A program made the position numbers and the translations under genes. The notes beneath the pieces were generated by a model that saw only the letters and a program-made list of their open reading frames with translations, searched no databases and was not told the DNA's origin. From the human T2T-CHM13v2.0 reference genome, Homo sapiens, in NCBI RefSeq assembly GCF_009914755.1, contig NC_060940.1: a stretch of DNA of 64,000 bases, one strand, 5' to 3'. Shown piece after piece: positions 31,576 through 48,933 of this stretch (the first letter of the stretch is position 1; each line of letters begins with the position of its first letter).

Positions 31576-33148
31576 CCCTAGAGGACTGGGAGGAATCTGG
31601 AAACTAAGCTGAACTCCTACATTCCCCAGGCCTGAAGAACTGGAGTATTCCATTGAAATAAGAGTACTTATTCCCAGGCCCGGAAGCCTGAGACCTTCCC
31701 CCAGAAATACAGCAGGGGGCCGAGGACTGTAGTGTACCCAAGACCCCACAAAAGACCTAGGGTCAATGGGAGAATCCCAGAGGTGTTACTAGGCTGATGA
31801 AATAGACCTCCAACTTCCCCTGGGCTTCCTCAGGTTCCCAACACCATCCAGAAAGGAAATTCAGGACAAATCTTTCATATACTCATACATACTCATCTGA
31901 ACTTATAGCAGAATAAAAAATAAATAATAATAAAAAAAAACCAGAAGGGTATATAAGAAACAAGTAAGTGCTTACATATAAGCCTGAGGGTGAGAATGGG
32001 ATGTGAATGAGACTGTCACGTGTATATATTTTTGCATCATGTTGAGTTCTGAACTACATGAATATATTACTCAAGTATTCTCTACTCAAAAAAATAGTAA
32101 ATTTCTTCATAAAACGCACAGAAATGTATCTAGTTCTTGCCATTAGATTTTTTTTAACTATTGAAAAAGCTCTATATTTATCCTTGAAATTACACAGGGG
32201 GCCGATTTGAAGCACAGCTGCATTGCACATGAAACGGCAGTGTGTCCTGGTGACAAATTAATAGAAGTCCCTTTTTCTGGTTTGCTTCTCAGGTCTGCTC
32301 TCTCGTTACTAGTAGTCTACTTGCAGCTTCTCCTCTTGTTTTAAACAACTCCCCTTCCTCAGGCAACAGCACCCACCCTCACGCTGGGGAACCTCCCTCC
32401 CTCATTCAAAACTGTCAGGTGGGACTGTCAATCAAGAGGCTCTCTGCCTGCCCAGGCATGGTCATGTGACCCAGGCTAAACCAATCAGATTAGCTCTCCC
32501 TAGAATAGGCCTGGAGGTGCCCCCCAGGCCCCATTCCGGAGAAACATGGTAAGGTACCTTAATGGGTTTTCAGTTAGTTCCTGTTGCCTAGATCTTTGAG
32601 GCAGCCTTTTCAAAAGAGCTTTCTTTCTATTTTAGCTTTTGTTTTTTTGGCTTAAGTTGGCCAGAATCCATTTTTGTGGCTTGATACTGATGCAGTCAGT
32701 GATCCTGCATAAAACTCTCCAGTGCATCCTTGTGGCCTACAACACAAAGGGCAGACAGGACAGACAAGTCCCAATGTGCACAACTGTGGCTCAGCTTCCC
32801 CACTTTCCAAGCCCCTGCCTCCCCACTGCCCTATCCCCCCAGCCACCTGCCGCTTCAGTCACATGGAATTCCTGCTCTTTCTCCCAAAGCATGGCATAGA
32901 TTTCTCTGCTGTATTCCCGCTTCCTCACCTGAAAAATTCCCTACCGATCACTCGAGGCAGTGGATTGCAGTGGATCAGAGTGCGAGTTCTGCTTGGGCAG
33001 AATGGCCGTTGGTGATTGCTTTTTCTTAAGTCCTGCTCTCCAAATGTAAGATTGGTCAGTCTCTCCTTCCCTGGAGACGCACGCTAGAATCTACCAGGAC
33101 TCTGGGGCCAGTTCCTGAGCCCATTACAAGGATCCAGGATGACAGTGA

Positions 33149-33441
33149 TTTTTTTTTTGAGACGGAGTCTTGCTCTGTTGCCTAGGCTGGAGGGCAGTAG
33201 CACGACCTCGTCTCACTGCAACCTCCAACTCCCAAGTTCAAGAGATTCTCTTGCCTCAGCATCCCATGTAGCTGGGATTACAGGTATCCGCCACCACACC
33301 TGGCTAATTTTTGTATTTTTAGTAGAGACGGGATTTCACCATGTCAGCCAGGTTGGTCTCGAACTCCTGGCCTCAGGTGATCTGCCCACCTCAGCTTCCC
33401 AAAGTGCTGGGATTACAGGTGTAAGCCACCGCACCTTGCCC
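33149..33441 (-). mobile_element. Alu (AluS)
   Basis: Alu body on the - strand. Confidence 0.95.
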
Positions 33442-33826
33442 ACAGCACTGAATTTAAACATGTTTCTGCCAGTTGACCTTGGACAAAGTGCTTGCTTCAT
33501 ATCCTCAGAGGAGCTTGGTTTGCTTATCTTTGGATGTGAATTCTACCAACTTCACAGCGCGGGTTTATTTATTTAACAAACTCTCTGCACCAGACACTGT
33601 TCTAGGTGCTTTACACATATTCGTTGATTTAATACTCGTAATACTCGTAACAACACTATAAGGCAGGTACTATTTGTGTCCCCATTTTGCAGATGAGGAA
33701 ACTCAGCACAGAGAGGTTGTTAGTTGTCTAAGGTTGCAAAGCTAGTATGGGATGAAATGAAAGACTGCATGGGAATTACTTAGCACAGACAGGAGATAAT
33801 AAATGTTCCATCAAATTGTAGCTATT

Positions 33827-34192
33827 TGTTATAGACTAAATTATTGCCCCTCATTCATATGCTGAAATCCTAACCCCCAATGTGAGATATGGCCTGCAAA
33901 GGGGTAATTAAGGTTAAATGAAGTCATAAGGGTGGGGCCTAATCCAATAGGATTGGTGTCCTAATAAGAAGAGGAAGAGACACCAGGGATGGGTGTGCAC
34001 AGAGAAAAGGGCATGTAAGGATGTAGCAAGAAGGTGCCACCTGCAACCCAGGGAGAGAGGCCTCAAGAGAAAGCAAACTTGCCAACATCTTGATCTTGGA
34101 CTTCCAGCCTCCAGAACTGTGAGATGTAAATTTCTGTTCTTTCCGCTACACAGCCTGTGGAATTTCATTACGGCAACCCTAGCAAACTTACA
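33827..34192 (+). mobile_element. MLT1A/B-type MaLR LTR
   Basis: TGTTATAGACTAAATT...CTTGGACTTCCAGCCTCCAGAACTGTGAGA...GCAAACTTACA. Confidence 0.85.
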
Positions 34193-34456
34193 CACTATTG
34201 AAGAAAATATCACTTTGTGGTGGAAATCACAGTTGTTTTTTAAACGTACATCTGACAATGTTACCCCAGGAAGTAAACCCCTTCAGCAACTCCTGTACCA
34301 TTTCCTGGGAGGAAATTGGGACCAGATCCTCTAAGATGGGCTTATACTATGGCCAAGCCTGGAAGAAGACAGGAACTAAGGCATCCCCAGAGGGTAGAAA
34401 AGAGGAATCATAACCAACACAGGATAGCCTGATGTTTAAAAGCATAGGCTCACACT

Positions 34457-34578
34457 GGGTATAGTGGCTCACCCATAATCCCAGCTATTTAAGAAGCTGA
34501 GGCAGGAGGATCGCTTGAGCCTAGGAGTTCAAGATCAACCTGGGCAACATACTGAGACCCCTGTCTCTAAAAAAATAA
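34457..34578 (+). mobile_element. Alu monomer (FLAM-like) within a MIR
   Basis: Single monomer ending CTGTCTCTAAAAAAAT; MIR continues to about 34800. Confidence 0.75.
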
Positions 34579-34984
34579 GGCATGGGCTCTGGAGCCAGAC
34601 TTCCTGGGTTCAAATCCTGGCCCTGCTACTTACTAATTTTGAGGTTGGCAAGTTACTTAGGTTCTGCATGCCTTGGTTTTCCCCTCTGAGAAATGGGGAC
34701 AATGATAGTATGTGTCTGATGGTTTTATTATAAGTGTTAAATGAATTAATATAATTAAAGTGTTTTGCATGAGTGCTGGGCACTTAGAGCCATATGGGTG
34801 CTAGCTGTTACCATTGATAGTTTTGTGGCTACGAAACCACTATTATAACCAAAGTCTTTCTCTCTGCTCGAGATTCAAATCCTAGGTTGAAAGCCTCAGA
34901 GAATCCCAGATCAATTCTCCTATTACTGTCCTATGAATCTGCATCAAATAGAAAAGAGCTTATTCCTCAAAAGGAAACTAAAAG

Positions 34985-36930
<1,946 letters not shown>

Positions 36931-36985
36931 CCATGAAAAAATAAGCAAGAGAAAAGAGGAAACCATGATGCTGTTAGATTGGGGA

Positions 36986-37397
36986 TTATATGGTTTGGAT
37001 ATTTGTCCCCTCCAAGTCTCATGTTGAAATGTGATCCCCAGTGTTGGAGTGGGACCTGGTGGGATGTGTTTGGGTCATGGGGGTGGATCCCTGATGAATG
37101 GCTTGGTGCCCGCCTTGCAGTAATAAGTGAGTTCTTGCTCTTAGTTCACATGAGATCTGGTTGTTTAAAAGAGTCTGGCACCTCCCCCTCTCTCTCTTGC
37201 TCCCTCTCTTGCCATGTGACACATGGGCTCCCCCTTCGCCTTTCACCATGATTGGAAGCTTCCTGAGCTCCAAGACAGCACCATGCTTCCTGTACAGCCT
37301 GCAAAACTGTGAGCCAAAATAAACCCCTTTTCCTTATAAATTACCCAGACCCCAGACTTAGGCATTTCTTTACAGCAATGCAAAGCAGACTAACACA
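36986..37397 (+). mobile_element. MST-family (MSTB-like) MaLR LTR
   Basis: TATGGTTTGGATATTTGTCCCCTCCAAGTCTCATGTTGAAATGTG...GACTAACACA. Confidence 0.9.
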
Positions 37398-38142
37398 GGG
37401 GGAAAGGATGCTGGACTGGGAGAGAAAAACACTCACATATATTACCCATTTTTACACATTAGGAAAATAAGAAACAATGACTTGCCCTATGTCACCCAGC
37501 TAGTAAGTGGGGGAGCCCAGATGCAAACTCCCAACTCTTTGGCCCCAAACGCATGCTCTTAACCTCTCCGCCATGTGATCTTTCTTCCCTTTTGCACAGC
37601 CTCTCACCAGTCAGCCCCACTGTATATAGGGAGACCATGAGGGACTCTTCTCACATTGCTACGTGAGCAGAATCCTCATCTGTCTGACATCTGCTGAAAA
37701 CACAAGCAAAAGACACTCTGAGGCCTGATGTCTTCCGACGGTTCATTGAAGTTGCAGTTGTTACTTTCCCTTGAACTGTGCAAACGCTTGGTGTGCTCGG
37801 GTTGATTTGGTGCTTTTTGTATATTGCTCATCTGGCAGAGAATTACTACTCTGCTCTACAAGTTCCCACAGATGGCTTTATTTTCCATTGCTATTAAATT
37901 GGTTTTGAACAAGACATAATTCTTCAAGTGCCTGGTGTGCTCTCTGGGTTTGCTCAGGCAAGATTCCATAAAAATGTAAATAATCGGAACACTTCTGGGA
38001 TTATTTATCACAACTGACTTGTGGCTGTAAATTTATGTATTAATTTCAGCTATAAGCTTCAGTGGGGAAAAGATGAACCATTGAAAATAGTCTCTTCCAC
38101 CCTAACATCCTCGCTATGTCCCCATTTCCCCTCTGCTTCCAG

Positions 38143-38214
38143 GGAACGTACCAGAGAATGGCTCACACATCTGGGTCTGAACGACATTGAACAGGCTCGA
38201 AAAGGAACCAGGTG
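38143..38214 (+). other. Candidate 72-nt internal exon (unverified)
   Basis: Branch point CTAAC 38102-38106, long pyrimidine tract, CAG|G acceptor, GTG|GTAAGT donor. Confidence 0.3.
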
Positions 38215-38915
38215 GTAAGTGGGGAATAATCACTCCTCAGCAACCCGCAGGCTCATCACTTACTGCTCTCCCCTGGGTCTTCGGACCCCAGTCACACCAG
38301 CCTTTCACTTGCTCCTGTGGATTCCTGCCCCAGGACCCTTGCACATGCACCCCAGGCTTGTAATGCTCCTTCTTCCCTTTTATGCCTGGTTCACTCTTAC
38401 TCATCCTTCAGCTCTTGGCTCAGCGTCACTTGTTTGGAGAAGCTTCATCCCCGCCCACCTGCTAGACGAGGTCTCCTCCCAGGTGTTCTTCTCATCCACA
38501 GCGCTACTCACAATCACAGTTCCTCATTTTGGGAGGATTTTTAAAACTTAATGTCTGTCTCCCCTACTTGGCTGTAAAAATTTCATGAGGGTTAGGGCTG
38601 TGTCTTTGTCGCCTGCATGCCCAGAGCCTGGCACAGAGTTGAAGATGGATGAATGTGTGCAGAACAAACTAATGGATCCACTTGGAATAAGAGCACATAG
38701 CAGGGCTCTTGGGGCCTCTGCCCACACGCACTCAGACCACGCTCTGCACACAGCTCCTTGTGTGCTTTCTCTTAGCCAGCACCTGCATGTTGGCAGAGGG
38801 CTGCTCTCACTTTGCCTGTGTGTGCTGAGACTGGAGTGCCTGGGAATTTGCACTCTCCTTGGAGGCCAGCCCTTAACCAATTAGTGGTGAAGGCAGGCTT
38901 AGAAGCATGCCAGCT

Positions 38916-39354
<439 letters not shown>

Positions 39355-39792
39355 CTATTTTCCCACTCCCCTACTAGTGTTTCTGAGAACCCCTCATAAT
39401 AAATCACTTTTACACAAATCCTCGTCTCAGCGTCTGCTTCCAGGGAGCCCAACCTAAAACAGAGAGTCTTCTGCCTGCAAATATTCTCACTGAGCTGTGA
39501 TTAAGATCATACATTTTAGAGCATGCAAGCACTCTAACCAGACAGGCCATTTGCTGATTCAGACAAGGATAAAGTCCTGCTAGTAACACTGTAACTGGCA
39601 GGGCATATTCATGTCAACAAGCTAAGCCCCTCTAGTCTTGAACCTTCTCCCCGACTAGCCCAGTGCCCCACTGAGACAGCATGAGAAGTCTGTGCCACTG
39701 AGATCCCAACCAAACTGGACATTGGAGCTCAGCAGCAAGACTGACTTGGGGGTAAGCCAAGATCATCTTTAAGATGCTCCTGCTCCTTCTCA

Positions 39793-40035
<243 letters not shown>

Positions 40036-40038
40036 GAA

Positions 40039-40070
<32 letters not shown>

Positions 40071-40074
40071 AGAG

Positions 40075-40106
<32 letters not shown>

Positions 40107-40164
40107 AGAGGAGGAAGAGGAAGAAGAAGAAGAAGAAGAAGAAGAAGAAGAAGAAGAAGAAGAA

Positions 40165-40208
<44 letters not shown>

Positions 40209-40224
40209 GGAAGAAGAAGAAGAA
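40036..40224. repeat. (GAA/GAG)63 triplet repeat in an Alu tail
   Basis: 189 bp in register; longest pure run (GAA)22 at 40120-40185. Confidence 0.95.
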
Positions 40225-40559
40225 AAGATGTTATGTGCGACCAGGGCAGGGCAGAACCAAGCTTTTGGGTGGAGAGAAGGAGGTTCCTCTGACTAGAGGA
40301 TCTTAGGGGGCTGAGGTGCAGGCTGTTAAGGTTTTTGTAGCAAGGATGTCTTCAGCTTTAGGACACAGACTACCTAATTTTAAAAAGGCTTACATAATAG
40401 AGACATGTTTATTGAAGGAATTGCTATAAAGCAAAATAACAGGGTGTTGTGGAAGAGAAAATCAGAAGTCAATGCAGATGGTGTTGGCAAAAGCCTCTCT
40501 AAGGAAGGTGCATTTAAATCAAGACCAGAAGATGGAGAGGGATCAGCTGTTTCACAAGA

Positions 40560-41013
40560 GCACAGTGGCCCCTAGAGATGTTCACGTCCCGATCACCAGA
40601 ACCTGTGAACATGTAACCTCACATGGCAGTAAAGACTTTCTGGATGTGATTAAACTAAGAATCATGAGGTGGGTGATCATCCTGGATGATTTAGGTTGTT
40701 CCACTGTAATCACAAGGGTCCTTAATAAGGGAAGGAGGGAGACAGGGGGGTGGTCAGAGAAGGAGACGTGATGATGGAGGCAGAGGTCAGAGTGATGTAG
40801 CCATGAGCCAAGGCATGCAGGCTGCCTGTACCTCTGGAAAAGGCAAGGAAACAGATTATCCTGAGAGCCTCCAGAAAGAATGCCCCTTGATTTTAGCCCA
40901 GGGAGATCCATCTTGGACTTCTGACCTACAGAACTGGAAGATAAGAAATGTGTGTTGTTTTAAGCCACTAAGTCCGTGGTCATGAAGTCACAGCACAAAG
41001 AGGAAATTAACAC
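40560..41013 (+). mobile_element. MLT1C/D-type MaLR LTR inside L2
   Basis: GATGTTCACGTCCCGATCACCAGAACCTGTGAA...TGTTTTAAGCCACTAAGT. Confidence 0.85.
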
Positions 41014-41188
41014 AAGTGTCACCTCAGAGGGATCAGCATGTACACAGTCCTGAGGCAGGAGGGCTTTTATTTGAGAAATGTGAAACAGATCCATGTGGCT
41101 GGTACCCAGTGGGCCAGGAGGTAGAAGTGGACAAGATGATGCAGGCCCTCATGTACCACCCTCCACAGGAAGTTGGGATTTTATTCTA

Positions 41189-41827
<639 letters not shown>

Positions 41828-42869
41828 TAAAAAGTTTTAATGTAATCTGATCTTCATGTTTCCAAGACCACTTTGGCTGCTGTGTGATGATGGGGGCGGT
41901 GGGGAGGCTGTGGTGAGGACCCGTAAGAGCAGAAGCATAGAGTTCAGTCTGGAGGCTGTGAAAATAATCCAGGAAGGCAACACAATGGCCTCTATCAAGG
42001 CGGTAGGGATACAGGTAAGGAGATGGCTGCAAGATATATCTCAGACTCTGATTTATTGGCTCTGAAAAAATCAAATAAAATAATTTGGACATCTTAGTGC
42101 CAGAGGCCCTTTGATTAAATAAAAGCCAGCTTTTCAGAGACCACATGTTGGGTCCTCACAGTGACAAACAGAGCCACCACACAGGCAGTCCCCAGCGCAG
42201 GGACTTGGGGATGTTCGGGCAGCACACAGAGAGGTAAAAGGAAAATGTATGTTCCTTCCTAAGTGTCCAGCAACAAATGACTGCCCGGCAAGAAAGAAAT
42301 TTAGAGTGCAGAAGGATGGTCTTGCCACACTGTGAAACTAGAAGTCAGATATGATTTACGGGGACAATGACTTAATCTCCTAAACCACCATCAAGTCCTG
42401 ACCTGTCTCAGTTCCATAAAAATCTCTAGTTCAGTCTCCAATTTGAAGTTACAAAAATGAGTTTGGATCCTTCAGGAATTCAGATTTACTGTTAAGTCTA
42501 TCCAAAGACCTGCCAACAGATGTTAGAGGGTTTTGGAAATGTTAGAGACTCATGCCTACTGACAGAAGTGTTAAGTAGAATCAGTGTTCCCATTTTATTT
42601 TTAAGCCAGGAGGGGAGATCGTGTTTGTCCTAGGGTGACTTTCCTGAGTACCTTCTGTTCCTCACAAGAAATAATAATCATAATGAAGAAGTTAACAACC
42701 AAGCAACAACAGATACCATTTCTGGAGCACTTACTATGTACAACATTAGGAGACAGACCTATTATCACCCCCACTTTAGACTTGAGGAAACAGAATCTCA
42801 GAAATATTTGCCAATGACTTACAAGGAAGCAGTGGAGATGGGTCTAACTATGAAAACAGGTTCTAAAAC

Positions 42870-43094
42870 CAGAGATCTGCAAACGATGGCCTGTGGGCAA
42901 AATCCCACCTGCCCTTGTTTTTGTAAATAAAGTTTTATTGGAACATAAAACATGACCATTTGTTTACCTACTGCCTATGGCTGTTTTCCCACTCCAAGGG
43001 CAGGGCTGAGTCCTTGCCAAAAGAGACCAGATGGTCCACAGAGCCTAAAATATTTACTGTCTGTCCCTTTACAGAAGAAGTTTGCCAATTCCTG
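42870..43094 (+). mobile_element. MER58A-like DNA transposon
   Basis: TTTGTAAATAAAGTTTTATTGGAAC; TIR-like ends. Confidence 0.85.
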
Positions 43095-43274
43095 TTCTAG
43101 AACATACATTGCACAGCGAGCGTTTCCTCATAACTCCTCCTCCTACTCCTTCAGGACATTTCTATACCATCCACCCCACTCACAAGTTGGAGACCTATTC
43201 CAGATGGTTGAGTGGGACTCCCGGGATCCTCCCACTCCCACAGCCAGCTTGCAAAGACCCCTGGCATCCTTCCG

Positions 43275-43276
<2 letters not shown>

Positions 43277-43307
<31 letters not shown>

Positions 43308-43555
43308 AGACAGAGTCTCACTGCAAACTCACTGCAACCTCTGCCTCCTGGGTTGAACCAATTCTCCTGCCTCAGCCACCTGAGTAGCTGGGACTACAGG
43401 TGCACGCCACCACACCTGGCTAATTTTTGTATTTTTAGTAGAGACAGGGTTTCACCATGTTGGCCATGCTGGTCTCCAACTCCTGACCTCAAGTGATTCC
43501 CCTACCTTGGCCTCCCAAAATGCTGGGATTACAGGTGTGAGCCACTGCGCCTGGC
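43277..43555 (-). mobile_element. Alu (AluS) with internal deletion
   Basis: Poly(T); CTCACTGCAA duplicated at the deletion point. Confidence 0.9.
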
Positions 43556-44110
43556 CCCAGCTGGCTTCCTTCCTCCTTGTCCTGCTCTGTTGTTGAGAGG
43601 AGGGGTAGGGTGAAGCCTAGGCCATCACAAGCAGGACTCCTGGAAAACTTGTGCCTCCTACACCAGTTCTGCTACCTCAGGGAATGAGCCAGTGGACTTA
43701 CCTGTGGAGCACTCACCTGGGGAGCACACATCCCACAAGTGATTTCTTAAGAAGTACTCGTGCTATGTACAGGCAACCATAGGGCCCTGAGCTGCATGAG
43801 TTCTAGGAAACACTCATCTCAAGTCTGACTTTTATCGCACGAAGTCTTTCCATGAGGGGCCCTTATAGAAACTCTATGCAGCCAGCTGGAGGAGAAATAA
43901 GGATGGAATGCCTAGGGTGACCATCCCACAGCCCTGCCCCAAAGCCAGCAGGAATAGATGCAAAGGGAAGATGAGGGTCAGAGGCAGACACTGTAGATTC
44001 CTCTAACTTTCCAGCAACTGTATTCACAGCCTATTCTGGCCTTACTAGATCTATGTTGCTCCTTTGCTCCAAGTTCCACTTGCTCTTTGATTTTTTAAAT
44101 ATTTTCTTTG

Positions 44111-44291
44111 GGTGGGGCATGGTGGCTCATGCCTGTAACCCCAGCACTTGAGGAGGCTAAGGCAGGAGGATCACTTAAGGCCAGGAGTTGGAGACCAACC
44201 TGGGCAACATAACAAGACCTCGTCTCTACAGAAAAACAAAAAACAAGAATTAGGCAGGCATAGCTGCACAAGACTGTAGTCCCAGCTACTT
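44111..44291 (+). mobile_element. Host Alu (AluJ-like), left part
   Basis: Ends at TGTAGTCCCAGCTACTT and resumes at 46226. Confidence 0.9.
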
Positions 44292-44626
44292 TTTTTTTTT
44301 TTTTTAATTTTTATTTTTTTATTTTATTTTATTTTTTTTTTTTTGAGACGGAGTCTCGTTCTTTCACCCAGGCTGTAGTGCAGTGGCGCGATCTCGGCTC
44401 ACTGCAGGCTCCGCCCCCCGGTGTTCACGCCTTCTCCTGCCTCAGCCTCCTGCGTAGCTGGGACTACAGGCACCCGCCACCTCGCCTGGCTAATTTTTTG
44501 TATTTTTAGTAGAGACGGGGTTTCACCGTGTTAGCCAGGATGGTCTTGATCTCCTGACCTTGTGATCTGCCCGCCTCGGCCTCCCAAAGTTGCTGGGATT
44601 ACAGGCGTGAGCCACCGCTCTTGGCC
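44292..44626 (-). mobile_element. AluY plus terminal poly(A) of the composite insert
   Basis: GTTCACGCC, TTAGCCAGGATGGTCTTGATCTCC diagnostics. Confidence 0.9.
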
Positions 44627-44639
44627 ATAAATAAATTTT

Positions 44640-44866
44640 TAAAACATCAGTAATAAAATAGTTTTTAAAATTTCTTCTAGTTGCTATAAAAGTTAAATAA
44701 CTAATAGTGACAATGTTTATGTATTTGTATCATATGTAAGAGTAAAGTGTATAACAACAATGGCACAAGGGGTGGGAAGGAGGAATTGGGAAAACACTGG
44801 CATGAGGTTCTAGCAAAAAACATGAAGGAGTATAGTATTATTTGAAGATGGACTTATCTAAATTAA
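44640..44866 (+). mobile_element. Old L1M inter-ORF-type fragment (transduced)
   Basis: GTAAAGTGTATAACAACAATGGCACAAGG...GTATTATTTGAAGATGGACT; resumes ACATTACAAACCCTA after the LTR. Confidence 0.65.
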
Positions 44867-44871
44867 AACTT

Positions 44872-45235
44872 CATATTAGTCCATTCTCACGCTGCTATGA
44901 AGAAATACCTGAGACTGGGTAATTTATAAAGAAAAGAGGTATAATTGACTCACAGTTCCACATGGCTGAGGATGCCTTAGGAAACTTACAATCATGGTGG
45001 AAGACACCTCTTCACAGGGCAGTGGGAGAGAGAATGAATGCAAGCAGCGGAAATGCCAGATGCTTATAAAACCATCAGATCTAGTGAGACTCACTCATTA
45101 TGACAAGAACAGCATGGGGGAAACTGCCCCCATGATTCAATTCCTTCCACCTGGTCCTGCCCTTGACACGTGGGGATTATGGAAATTACAATTCAAGGTG
45201 AGATTTAGGTGGGGACACAGAGCCAAACCATATCA
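44872..45235 (-). mobile_element. THE1-family solo LTR (transduced)
   Basis: Reverse complement starts TGATATGGTTTGGC; TSD AACTT at 44867-44871 and 45236-45240. Confidence 0.9.
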
Positions 45236-45255
45236 AACTTACATTACAAACCCTA

Positions 45256-46345
<1,090 letters not shown>

Positions 46346-46392
46346 AAAACATTATCTTTGCGTTATTTATTCCTTATTTACTACTTTTGCTA

Positions 46393-46797
<405 letters not shown>

Positions 46798-47304
46798 TTA
46801 GAGCTTTGAAATAAGTCATTATATCTCATGTTCCCACCTTTCTCAAATTGTTCTAATTGAACCACAGGATTATTTTATTAAGCTACTAAAAACTGTAAAT
46901 TCCATATGTTGAGTCTGTCAGCTAATTTTGGAAGAATTTAAATCTCTAAACTCTTTAGGTTCCAATGCAAGCAACTGAAACCTCTCTTTATTTATTTAAA
47001 CCATCTGTATTGCTCTGTAAATTTTTATAGTTTTTCCTCATGTACATCTTATGTTACATACAGACTGGTTATTTTATTTTTTCATTGCTATTGCACAAAA
47101 TACTTTTAATAATAGTTTCCTTATTTGTTACTGATTTTCAGAGGTTTATCTCACATCTGACCACTTTCCTGAACTGTCTTATTGAGATTGTTATAATTCT
47201 TATCATATAATCATGTCACTTATAAATGATAAATTGGTTTCTTTCATTCTCATAGTTCTGTCTCTTATTTCTCACTTACACCATTGGTCAAAAACTTCAC
47301 AGCA

Positions 47305-47598
47305 GGCCAGGAATGGGGGCTCAGGCCTGTAATCCTGGCACTTTGGGAGACTGAGGCAGGAGGATCACTTGAGCCCAGGAATTCAAGACCAGCCTGAGCA
47401 ATATAGTGAGGCCTCATCTCTTAAAAAATAAAAGATAGCTGGGTATAGTGGTGTGCACCTGTAATCTCAGCTACTCAGGAGGCTGAGGTGGGAGGATCAC
47501 TTGAACCTGGGAGGCTGAGGCTGCGGTGAGTGGAGATCATGCCACTGCACTCCAGCCTGGGTGACAGAGCAAGACCCTGTGTCAAAAGAAAAAAAAAA
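47305..47598 (+). mobile_element. Alu (AluJ-like)
   Basis: TSD core TCACAGCA. Confidence 0.9.
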
Positions 47599-47629
47599 TC
47601 ACAGCACACTTAGATCAGTAAATGAAAGG

Positions 47630-48328
47630 ATATTAGTTGACTAGGGCTTCCTAATGAAGTACCACAACCAGGTGGCTTACACAACAGAAATTTATTTTCT
47701 CCTGGTTCTAGAAGCTAGAAGCTTAACATCAAGGTGTCAGCAGGGTCTGTTTCTTCTGAGGCCTCTCTCCTTGGCTTACAGATGGCCATCTTCTCCCTGT
47801 GTCTTCACATGGTCTTGCCTCTGTACATGTCAGTGTTCTTATTTTCTCTTTTTATAAGGACATCAGTTATATAGGATTAGTACCCACCATAACGACCTCA
47901 CTTCAACATATTTACCTCCTTAAAGGTAATGTCTCTAGACATATTCAGAGGCATTTGGGGTTAGGACTTCAACATAAGAATTTTGGAGAAATGGGTCGGG
48001 TGTCGTGGCTCACACCTGTAATCCCAGCCCTTCGGGAGGCCGAGGCGGGTAGATCACCTGAGGTCAGGAGTTCAAGACCACCCTGGCCAACATGGCTAAA
48101 CCCCGTCTCTACTAAAAATACAAAAATTAGCTGGGCGTGATGGCAAGCACCTGTAATCCCAGCTACTCGGGAGGCTGAGGCAGGAGAATCACCTGAACCC
48201 AGGAGGCGAAAGTTGCAGTGACCCTAGATCGCACCACTGCACTCCAGCTAAGGTGACAGAGTGAGACTCTGTCTCAAAAAAAAAAAAAAAAAAGGAATTT
48301 TGTGGAAATGCAATTCAATCCATAACAG
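47630..48328 (-). mobile_element. MLT1-type LTR interrupted by an AluS (47993-48294)
   Basis: CAGAAATTTATTTTCTC..TTCTAGAAGCTAGAAG; Alu TSD about GAATTTTG..GAAATG. Confidence 0.85.
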
Positions 48329-48933
48329 TGAACATTTCTTGTCTCTAATAGGAAGATATCTGATGTTTCTTCAAGCCTGATGTGTACTTTGATTTAAAAG
48401 AGATATTTTTATCACATTTCTATCTCAAATTTTCAAAGAGCTTTTTTATCAGGAATGGATATCAGGCCTATTGAATGCCTTTTGGTACTTATTGACTAAA
48501 TCATACAGAATTTTTATCTCTTCTTTTGATAGAATACATTAATAGATTTCCTGTTATTAAACAGTCCTGGGTCGGCATTGAGAATATAAAAAGAAATCCT
48601 ACAAATCAATAGGAAAGGGATTTTTTTAAAATCTAGTATAAATTAGACAATGGATACAGACAGACAATTCTGAATATGGGAAGTACTCCAGATCAGTAAA
48701 CACTGGAAAAATTTCCACCTCACTAGTAATCAGGGAAATGCAAATAAAAATGGGAATAAAATCGCATCCCACACAAGAGTTAGCAAGAATGTGGAATACA
48801 GAACTCTCACACTCTGTTGATAGGACAGTAAACTGCCACAACCTTATTCACACATGGCAGTGTAAAAAATGTGCACCGTGTTTGTTATAGCATTGTTTAT
48901 AATAGCTACCGAAAAAAATAAAACAACCCAAAT

